Assembly: GCA_030390025.1 (NCBI GenBank)
Contig: CM059432.1
Coordinates: forward strand, 93,064,001 to 93,128,000
Length of the DNA stretch: 64,000 nucleotides
Direction of reading: 5' to 3'
Origin: Squalus acanthias
Taxonomy: Eukaryota
Part shown: in pieces, positions 51,070-60,894 of the stretch
Position numbering within the stretch: position 1 is the stretch's first letter
How the letters are laid out: every line of letters starts with the position of its first letter
Position numbers and translations under genes: made by a program
The notes under the pieces: model-generated
What the model was told of the DNA's origin: nothing
Databases searched by the model: none
What the model saw: only the letters and a program-made list of their open reading frames with translations

Positions 51070-51810
51070 GGGCTGGATTTTGAATGACCCGTGGAGTCGG
51101 GTTTGGAGGCGTGTGGGGGGTTAAATTTGCGGGGTCGGGGGTGCCGACCCCATCCCGCCTCCACGCAATTTTGACAAAATCAGTCACGGAGTTCCCGACT
51201 CCGTCCCGCCTCCAAGAGGCGGGAGAGGCCATTAAAGCCCTTAACAAGCCCTAAATTGGCTCTGTAATGCCATTTTGAAACGTTTTAGCTAGTTTAATCT
51301 TTTTCCGACGTGAAGTACGCCTGATGTGAAACACTCCAGTGAAACCTGGCGGGAGCACAAGTGGATAGCTGACTATCAGCTGCAGGTCCACTATTACAAC
51401 GGAGATGTGATGAAGGAAGTATTAGGTGTGAATGATGCTGCTGCATTGAATGTCTTCAGAGACTGTATGGCCTTTGCTATGAGAGGACTTGGATGCAAAA
51501 AAATTCTCTCACTCTCTCTCCTGCCACATTTTACATCTAGGTCCACTCACAGCAAAAGCCAGGCAGGTCCTCTCTCACCAACAGCCAGGCAGTCTCTGAG
51601 ACCTGACAGACAGCAATGATGACATCATCAGAGGCGACTGTCAGACTGAAACCACTAATTAGTTCATGGGTTCCCACATGCTGGAACTCAATTGCCCAAT
51701 TAAGTGAATATTGCATCATTCATCCACATTAATCTGGAGTCGGGGGGGGGGGGGGAACACAAAATGCGGATAACACGACCCCAACCCGACCCCAAGACAA
51801 AATCCAGCCC
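51070..51810. mobile_element. ~750-bp Harbinger-type MITE, left member of an inverted dimer
   Basis: TIRs GGGCTGGATTTT / AAAATCCAGCCC. ATA at 51067-51069 and 51811-51813. Confidence 0.9.
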
Positions 51811-51813
51811 ATA

Positions 51814-52543
51814 GGGCTGGATTTTGATACTGGGGCGGATTGGGGTCGTGTCATCCGCATTTCATGTTATCCACCTGACTGCATTTGGATGTGGGAGATT
51901 GATGCAATTTTCACTTAATTGGGCAATTGAGTTCCAGCATGTGGGAACCCATGAACTAATTAGTGGTTTCAGTCTGAAAGTCGCCTCTGATGATGTCAGC
52001 ATTGCAGGTCAGGTCAAAGACTGCCTGGCGTTTGGTGTGAGAGGACCTGGATGCAAACTGAGCAGCAGCTCTAAGGAGAGAGAGAGAGAGAGAATTTTTT
52101 TTGCATCCAGGTCCTCTCACAGCAAAGGCCAGGCAGTCTCTGAAGACATTCAGTGCAGCAGCATCAGAGGCGACTTTCAGACCTAATACTACTACTACCT
52201 TCATCACATCTCCGTTGTAATAGTGGACCTGCAGCTGATAGTCAGCGATCCACTTGTGCTCCCGCCAGGTTTCACTGGCGTGTTTCACATCAGGCGTGCA
52301 CATCAGGGTTAAACTAGCTAAAACATTTCAAAATGGCATTACAGAGCCAATTTAGGGCTTGTTAAGGGCTTTAATGGCCTCTCCCGCCTCTTGGAGGCGG
52401 GACGGAGTCGGGAACACCGCACACGATTTTATCAAAATTGCGTGGAGGTTGGAGGCGGGATGGGGTCGGGACCCCCGAATCTGCAACTTTAACCCCCCAC
52501 ATGCCTCCAAACCCGACTCCATGGGTCATTGAAAATCCAGCCC
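51814..52543. mobile_element. ~750-bp MITE, right member, opposite orientation
   Basis: Same TIRs. ATA at 51811-51813 and 52544-52546. The flanks rejoin a Penelope fragment (CACCACCAAACAC-ATA-TTCTCCTTCCC). Confidence 0.9.
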
Positions 52544-52770
52544 ATATTCTCCTTCCCTCCCCTTTCAGCATTCCGATGGGACCGTTCCCTCCGTGACACC
52601 CTGGTCCACTCTTCCATGTGACACATGCGAGGTCACAGCATCCAGCACACGCAATAAGGGGTCTTTTTTTCAAAGTCCTGAGTCACGGCTATCATTCAAC
52701 CTTTATAAAACACTGGTTAGGCCTCAGCTAGAATATTGTGTTCAATTCTGGGCACCACACTTTGGGCAGT

Positions 52771-53705
52771 AAAACAAAGGCAAAATACTGTGGATGCTAT
52801 ATCATGCCTTCCCCTCCCTCCCAAAACCACGATAGGGTTCCCCTTGACCTCACCTTCCACCCCACCGGCCTCCACATTCAACGAATCATCCTTCGCCATT
52901 TCCGCCACCTCCAGCGCGATGCCACCACCAAACACATCTTCTCCTCCCCTCCCCTTTCAGCATTCTGATGGGACCGTTCCCTCCGTGACACCCTGGTCCA
53001 CTCTTCCATTACCCCCAACACCCACTCCCCTTCCCATGGCACCTTCACATGCAAGCGCAGGAGATGCAACACCTGCCCTTTCACTTCCTCCCTTCCCACC
53101 GCCCAGGGCCCCAAACACTCCTTCCAGGCGAAACAGTGATTTTACTTGTTTTACTTTCAATTTAGTATACTGTATTCGCTGCTCACGATGCGGTATCCTC
53201 TACACTGGGGAGAACAAATGCCCCACTCCCACTCTGACCTCTCCGTCCTCGGCCTCTTACACTGTTCTAACGAAGCTCAACGGAAGCTTGAGGAACAACA
53301 CCTCATCTTTCGATTGGGCACTTTACAGCCTTCTGGACTCAACATCGAGTTCAACAATTTCAGATTATAACCGCTGCCCCCATTTTATCGGACAGCAGGT
53401 GTTGCCATTTACAGTTCCTCTAGAACCATCTTTTGTTTCTTTACTTGTCCCATTACCACCCCCTTTTGCCTTGCACCATCATCCATTTTGTCATGTAAAC
53501 ATGCCTGCCTTCCACCCTATCACAGACCTTCCCTTTTGTTCTTTCCTCCTCTCCACCCATTTACTTGCCTCTGTACTTGCTTAAAACCTGTTACATCTCT
53601 AATTTTTCCAGTTCTCATGACAGGTCATCAACCTAAAATGTTAACTCTGTTTCTCTGTCCATAGATGCTGCCTGACTTGCTGAGTATTTCCACATTTTGT
53701 GTTTA
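52771..53705 (+). mobile_element. Penelope-like element fragment with a short inverted pLTR piece at its 5' end
   Basis: NLVYCIRCSRCGILYTGE and RKLEEQHLIFRLGTLQPSGLNIEF. 52771-52798 is the reverse complement of the pLTR end. Decayed hammerhead at about 53610-53646. Confidence 0.8.
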
Positions 53706-55181
53706 TATGTAAAGGTGCAATCCTGATCATAGAGAATGCAAGGTCTGCTTACAGGATTGACCAGTGACGCAAAATGTATACTGTAGACATATTGTTACTG
53801 GAGATTGTACCAACAAACTGCAACAGCTAAAGCTAGTATAGAGGAGTCCACTACTGCCTCCTTGCAGTTATCAAGAATGGAATAGTATCACTTTCTCCAG
53901 GAATCATGTGAGAATTCCAGACAGTAGAGCCCCACCAGCACAGACCCTATGACATCTCTTGTGTATGCTCAGACTCATGCTAGAGGCCTTGGGTTCCAAT
54001 ATGGAACGGGCTCTCTCTTTTGGATTTGGCAGGCCTGGGAATTGGATAGGGATAACCATGAAGCAGGGCTTCACTGATCTCCTTGGTGCCATAGGGTCTT
54101 CTGCCATGCAGATCAGTAAGCATGGTGGGGCAGTGCCATCATCAGAGGTATTGTTAGAGTTGGCACAGATCTGACTCTAAGAATGACAACACATCTGTCC
54201 TTCCTGCCATCTTGCTCAAATGATTTTAGTCGTGCCAGGACGCCTCACAGATGCAGAAGTGGCAGAGTCGGTCGCTGGGCCATCTCATGACCCAGCTCAA
54301 GGAGGTTGAGGGCCACCTCAATTCCAACAGGCTCTCACTGACACACAATAACTAACCATCTTGTATACTTCTGCCACTGGGGAAGTGCATAGAAGAAGCA
54401 TAACACTAGGGTGTACACCATGGATATCATGTAGTGTCACTTAAGGGATGCACCAGGATACAAAACACTAGGCACACACGTATCACCGTTAGGGCTGTTA
54501 CTATAATAACATTTGGATGTACTGAGGTTCTACTGTTTCTAGAGATTCTTTTTGTATGGTATTGAATAATGTGTCAGCAGATGACAGGAATGGGATCCTT
54601 GGTAGTTCAGTTGAAGCTAATGGCAATGTAGGTGAAGGTGCATATTGGCACAGTGAAGATGTAGAGATCACTAATGATGCTTTGGGTGGAGGGTCACTTG
54701 GGTAAGAGTGTCATCTATGAGAGCTTGGGGTACGAATTTAGCAATGTGCAAAGATGTTTCTCCAGAAAGATTTCATGCCTCTTCCTGCTATCTTGGTTGT
54801 CTCCTGGGCATAGTTGGCTGTCCTCTTACTCCAGCGTTATACCTCAATGGGTGGCAAAGTTGTGCAGCATGCAACAGACTACGATGATCCGGAAGACTTT
54901 GGCAAGGTTGTATCTGTTAAGGCACCAGGGCCTAGAAATTGGATTAGGCCTGAAAATGGGCTGTGTCAAAGGCCAGCTCTATTTGCCTGCACCCGTTGAA
55001 AGTGGTCCAGGCAGCACACAAGTGCTGATTTCAGCGTTAAACGTGCTGCTGATTGGCTTAGCGCTCAACAGGTGGGCCAATATCGGGTGCAGTCTAATGT
55101 CTGGCCTAGGCTCTCTCCACTACTTAAAGGGGAGGTGCTTTGTTGCAGCAGCACCTCATTGTCAGTCTAAACGAAGCACAA

Positions 55182-57050
55182 ATGGGACAATAACCCAGAG
55201 AGAGAGCAAGAAGGTTTTCGGATGCTGCACTCAAGGCCTCGGTAGTGGCAGTTGAAAGAAGGCAGGCTGTACTGTTCCCGCAGGATGGCAGGAAGCCATC
55301 CAAGGCTACTTGCAGAAGGCTCTGGGAGGAAATAGCTAACTCCGTCACGGCCAACAGTGTCGTGCCAAGGACGTGGATCCAGTGCCGAAAGAAGTTTAAT
55401 GACCTTACACGTCAGGTCAAGGTGAGTGAAGGCTTCAGCAAATGCCATCTCCCACCATCTGCACCACAAGCCTCACACACTGCTCAATGCACCACACCCC
55501 CATCACTCACCTACTAACAATCTCTACCTATCACCACTCATACCTCACAATCATGGCTTCTCTTCACCCTCACAACATTACCACTGCTGCAGCACTCACA
55601 CCCAAATCTCACACTTTGCACACACTGACAGGTATTCAAATATAGCAGGCACATCACCCAAACACATTGCACTACACTCACTGACATACTTCCCTTTCTC
55701 TTGCAGGCAAAGGTGGCTCATAACCGGCGGGAACAGCAGCAGACGGGAGGCGGCCAAGCCACTGTACAGACCCTGAGCCGACAGGAGGAGCCACTGCTCG
55801 ACATCATTGTAGGGGCTGTCACCGAGGCTGTGGCAACGGGAGAAGTTGAAGCCCTCGCTGACAATGACGGTTTGGTCATTCCTAATCATTCTTCTCACGT
55901 CACACTTCCCCCTCATCCCACAATCTCTTCTCACTTACAAGCTGCTGATGGTGTATGCATGGATATCTTGCTTTCCCCCACTTCCCTCACGACAACCTGA
56001 ATCTTGTGGCTTTCTGCTTTCAGATACTCAAAAACTGCCAGCAGGCCAGCCTGTCCCTTATGCTGTGGAGGAGAGTGAAGGAGAAGAAAAGAAGACACAG
56101 CGTCACTGCATCTGACTCTCGCAGACAGCAGCTCAGAAACTGGCACTGCGCGAAACATAGAGGGTAGTATAGAGGCGGGATCTGCACATGGTGAGGTATT
56201 GGGCATGAGTGGGCTGCAGCAAGGCCGGGGGAAAGAGTAGCTCGTGGGTCAGCTCCCCGGAGGGCATGTTCGTGCACGAGTTCTGCTGCACTGGACTCAC
56301 GATGACCTCAATGGGGCGGCCTTCAGATGAAGGGTGATGGTCATGCACACTGAATTGCTAGGTACAATGGCAAGCCTGCCAGAGAGCCTCTTTTCAAAGT
56401 CAAGGAGCACAGAGGAGTCCAGCTCCAACATTGGACGGGGCTTTGCACAGAGCTTGGAGCTCATGATTTCCAGGCTGGAAAGATGGACAACTCCAGGAGA
56501 GACCTTATCGACCCAGCCATGATGCTGCGTGTGATGAGCGATACCGTGACTTCCGTTGCAGCACAGGCAGATGCGACCCAACGTCTCAGTGCTGCAGTGG
56601 ACGCGCAGACTGCTCTCCTACAGGCTCAGCTTGCTGCCACGCAAGCTCAGACTGCTCTCAGACTGCTGCCATCGTGGCTGGGTTTACCAGTGTTGAAAGA
56701 GGCTTGCAGTGTGTCACAGCAGGCCAGCAATTTGTCCTCTAACAGATTGTTAAGAATGCTGGGCACTGCCCCAGGGGAGTGGTAGTGGGTCAGTGGAGCA
56801 GGACCCTGCTGTCCTCTCTCAGGATGACAGCATTCCCACTCCCACCACTGCCACTCCGCCATTGCCCTTGCCGCTGCCTATCAGCCAGCCCAGACTGCTG
56901 CCGCCTATGCCGAGGTGCTGCAGTCTACAGCCGGGCCTTCTAGGTCCACAGCTGGTCGAGGTCGTCCTGCAAGGCCATCTGTCGTCTCCCCCACTGAAAG
57001 TCAGCAGCCTTCCACCAACCATGCTGCAACCACTGGGGAAGCACTAGAAT
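55182..57050 (+). pseudogene. Harbinger Myb/SANT-like DNA-binding protein, 3 exons (55182-55421, 55707-55869, 56024 to ~57050)
   Basis: RERARRFSDAAL...LWEEIANSVTANSVVPRTWIQCRKKFNDL is a trihelix/Myb-like motif. GT-AG introns keep phase. Premature TAA at codon 4 and frameshifts in exon 3. Confidence 0.82.
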
Positions 57051-57266
57051 AGGAAAAGACACATGAACGACAGACACTAAGGGACTGCACAAGGATGATT
57101 AGTTCATATTGTAATGTTGTTTGAATAGTGATAAATTTATTAATTTTGTTTGGAATGTTTGTTTTGTGGTGGCTCTCATTTCAGCTTTGTGCCCAGGAGG
57201 ACGCTGTGATATTCCGAGGGACGGTATGATGGGCATGTGGTGAGCAACGGGGATCTGGGGTTTCAT

Positions 57267-58371
57267 TCACTGGAATCGGAGTCTGATAAGGCCTTCATGG
57301 ACATCCTGTCCAGAACGGGTATCTGCTGCCTGCCTCCTCCCTTCCTCCTCCTCTTCCTGAAGTAGTCCTGCATCCCTGTGGCAAGGGCTACGCCCTCATG
57401 ATGGCCAAGTTGTGAAGCATGCAGCAGATCACCACAAAATGGGACACCTGCTCCGGCGAGTACTGGAGGGCTCCTCCCGAGCGGTTAAGGCAGCGGAACC
57501 GTTGCTTGAGCACCCTGATGGTCTGTTCGAAGACGTTCCATGTGGCGGCATGGCTCTCATTATATGAGTGCTGGACAGGGGTGGTGGGGTTGCGGAGGGG
57601 AGTCATCAGCCAGGTGTAGAGCGGATAGCTCTTGTCTCCGAGCAGCCACCCTGGAGTTTGATGTGGTGGCTGGAAGATTGCTGGCACACTGGACTGACAC
57701 AGGATGAAGGCATCGTGACTGTTGCCAGTATAGCGGGCATTGACCATCAGGATGCACTAGGCGTGGTCGCACAACAACTGCACATTAAGTGAGTGGTAGC
57801 CTATCCAGTTACAGAACATCTCAGGATTGTTATGTGGCGCCTGCAAAGTCACGTGGGTGCAGTTGATGGCGCCCTGCACCATGGGGAAGCCCACTATCCT
57901 GGCAAAGCCACATGCACACTCGTCATGCTTCTCTCTGTTCAGAGAGAAGACAAAGTAGTCCCTTCTCCTCGTGTAGAGAGCCTCTGTGACCTTCCAGATG
58001 CAGCGATGGACAGCGAACTGGGAGATGATAGCTATGTCTCCTGCTGCAGACTGGAAGGATCCGCTGACGAAGAAATCGAGGGCCATGGTGACCTTGAGGG
58101 CTACTGGGAGAGCCATGTTTGCCGTGCTCTGAGGCCGCAGGTCTGGTTGCAGGAGGTGGCAGAGTTCTGTGGCCACCTTCTTGGTGAAGCTGAGCCTCCT
58201 AAAACACTGCTCCTCGCTTAAGTGGAGGTAGGAGAAGTGCTCTCGGAAGACCCTAGGTGGTAAAGGCCTCCTGTTGAGAGCCCTCATGGCCCTACTCCTC
58301 CTCCCTCTGCGCGCATCTTCTTGTCTTCTTCACTGCCTCCGCTCGAGGGGAAATGCAAGTAGCGTCCCCAT
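57267..58371 (-). pseudogene. Harbinger DDE transposase (HARBI1-like)
   Basis: GFPMVQGAINCTHV, YHSLNVQLLCD, HDAFIL, WLLGDKSYPL, EQTIRVLKQRFRCL, CCMLHNLA. In-frame stops, and the first catalytic D reads N. Confidence 0.9.
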
Positions 58372-58908
58372 GACTGTGAACAAGTGGTGTGAGCAGAAGC
58401 CTTTAAATAAGGATTAAGGCGTTCTCCACTTGCACCAACACTCCCTGTCACCTCAGGAACTTGAAAAAAGTTTAGAAAGCTGCAAAAGTTACAGAAAGTT
58501 ACACAGAGCCAATCAAAATGAGAAACCATGTCAGCTGCAAGTTGTTGATGATGGTCCCTTTAAATAGTGCTGCTGGAGGCTCCTTCCTGCTAGCGAACAC
58601 TTGGTCGTGATTAACACAGGCCGGTAAGTGGAGCGGCGAATGCGAAAATGGCAGATCGGGCTTTAAGATGCACATTGCACTCACTGATGGCCCAATCTGC
58701 CTAATCTAAATATCTGCAGCGAGCGCAGGCATCGGCAACTCAGCCAACCTGCCCAAAATGGCGGCTGCCGCGGGAGACGCCGAAAGCGAGGCGGCCGCCA
58801 TTTTTCCTTCAAAACGGGCGTTAACGGCCAGCGCTAAACCCCTGAATTTCTAGGCCCAGAAGTTTCTATGATTCTTAAAACCACTTGGGTGCCAATCAAT
58901 AATGCCAA

Positions 58909-59798
58909 GGGGGAAAAATTAGGTCGCGCCCCATTTGGGGCGCAAATATCGTCTGGACGCAAATATTAGCACCTGGCGCTAATTATCGGCACTGACTGGA
59001 AACTTCACTTTTACCGCCCCGGGAGGTGAGTGGAGCACTAAATCAGGCGCTGCACACCTGTCTTAAGGCGCAAAGGCCAAGGAGTGAGGCGCTAACTCAG
59101 AGCGCTGGCGAAGCTCATGTAATGTCAGTCAGCAATGGAACACACACACAATGGCACGGGCCAGTTCTTAAAGGGGATGGTTAATCTTGCTTTCCATCCA
59201 CATCCTGTTCATTGCAGCCTTGAATCTCGGCCTGGAGAGACTTGCACATCAAATGTGCTGGAAAGAACAATGGAGAGTACCAGGCAAAGAGCTCAGAGTG
59301 CAGCTCCCACAGTCTCTGCTAAATCGATACAAGGAATGGCAAATCAAAATGAACCTGCAAAGTGCTGCTCAGTACCCAAAACTCCTTCACACAACGTTGA
59401 ATCTCTCCAGAAGTCTCTCCCTCTCTCAGAATGCGTAGTTCAAAAATGCCACCAACAATAAAAGACAGGAAGAGGCCCCCTTTAAATAGCGCCCCCCCCC
59501 AGCCCCACAGCGATTGATAGCGTTCCAGTCTTCTGGTCGTTGGATGCGCCAGGCGGTAAGGCAGGGGGCGCCACTCAATTTCCGCTCCGGGGCGCCACAA
59601 GGGCGTTGCACCATGGAATGACGTCACAATCTGCGCGCGCAGGTGGTCGCAGCGGTAAAGTTTAGCGCCGCCGCACAATCTCTAGTTAAGTTCCCGAGCG
59701 GCGCAAACATCGCTGCGCCCGGGCGTTAGCGGCTTTGCGCCCCATTAGCGCCCTCTTAAGGCGCTAACGGGAGGCGCAACCAACTGAATTTTTACCCC
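58909..59798 (+). mobile_element. ~890-bp non-autonomous Harbinger element (paralog of 19011-19895)
   Basis: TIR GGGGGAAAAATT / AATTTTTACCCC with CAA/TAA duplication; collinear with 19011-19895. Confidence 0.85.
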
Positions 59799-59848
59799 TA
59801 AGTCTTTAGAAAAAATGCAGTCTCATATTGTTGCTGGGAATAACAATT

Positions 59849-60613
59849 GGGCCAAAAATTCGGCTGTTGTCGGGTGAGTATGCGCTGTGTACTCACCCGT
59901 AAGGCCACCTGAAGTGCCAGTTTCCTGCATGCACTGCGCATGCGCGGGAAACCGGAACTTCCGTTCCCCTGAAGGGAGGGGTTCAGAAGTCGAACGCGTG
60001 CGCGGGAGAGGCTGCGCGCACGCAGCGAACTTCAGGTTTTTTTTCAGGTTTCTCCGGGAAGGTAAGTATGAAGAAGCTGCACTTTTAAAAAGGAGGCGCA
60101 AGGCCTGTTTTTAACAAGGTAAGTGGTTAATTAATTACAATTTAAACATTTTTTCAACAGGTTTATCTTTTTTAGATACTTTAAAGAAAGGTAAGTTTAT
60201 TTTTAGCACCGTTAAAAAGTATAATTAATTTTTTCAAAAATTTAAATTTTTGTTTAAAGTAGTTAATTTATTTAACTTATAGTTATTTTAAAAATGTGAT
60301 TTTTAAAAAAAAGTTTATTTGAAGTTTAAGTGAGGTTTTGGGGCCGATCTCTATTCATAGATTTGACAGGTCTTCCTGTCAAATCTATGAATGAAAATGC
60401 CCTGCTAGGATTGGCTCTCCATGGCCCACGTGATCCCAGGGGACGCTTCGAACTAACTGCGCCCCTGGGATACACAAGCACTGCGCGCCGGCAGCTGCAG
60501 GAGGCCCAGGACCCGAAGTCCTCGTGGGCCCAAAGCACAACTGCAGGCGCGGTAGGCAAGTACGCGCGCGATGCTTGCACCCACAGGAAGCCGGAGAGCC
60601 GAATTTCTGGCCC
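59849..60613 (+). mobile_element. 765-bp Harbinger-type MITE
   Basis: 17-bp TIR GGGCCAAAAATTCGGCT / AGCCGAATTTCTGGCCC with one mismatch, ATT TSD, AT-rich centre. Confidence 0.85.
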
Positions 60614-60894
60614 ATTGTTTCCCTGCCAAATAAGGAAATATCTACTTGCTTGATACATCTGTGCATTGCAGATTGACTGATGTTGCTGATGTGCCTCCAG
60701 GCACACAGGAATAAGCCTAAGGCAGAAAAGTGCAGGGCTGCAGTACAATGTCAGCCACTGGCACTGCCATATCTTTGGTGAGGTTTGGCTAGAGGTCACT
60801 ATCCAGCATGTAGCACAACTCTGTCAACAGGGCTCCTGTGAAGTATAGCCTTGAAGACAGAATATCTTTGACATGCCCTCTGCCTGTACTGTAT

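Larger units (their letters stand above)
54929..58856. mobile_element. Full-length two-gene PIF/Harbinger DNA transposon (inactivated)
   Basis: TIR GGCCTAGAAATT / AATTTCTAGGCC. CAG TSD at 54926-54928 and 58857-58859. Convergent Myb-like and transposase genes. Confidence 0.92.
54830..60860 (-). pseudogene. Old HARBI1-like Harbinger transposase relic, split by three younger insertions
   Basis: Collinear pieces: RLYFTGALLTELCYMLDSDL*PNLTKDMAVPVA and ISQSAMHRCIKQVD (60620-60850); GIID..TH-like and IETSGAL (58860-58905); YNLAKVFRIIVVCCMLHNFA (54850-54915). Confidence 0.7.

Noticed and set aside
52736..53584. 282-aa ORF
   Set aside because: Mostly out-of-frame read-through across CR1 and Penelope fragments; only a short part is the true GIY-YIG frame.
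57267..58371. Domesticated host HARBI1 gene
   Set aside because: Flanked by TIRs and a TSD, paired with a Myb gene, and carries stops, so it is a transposon copy.
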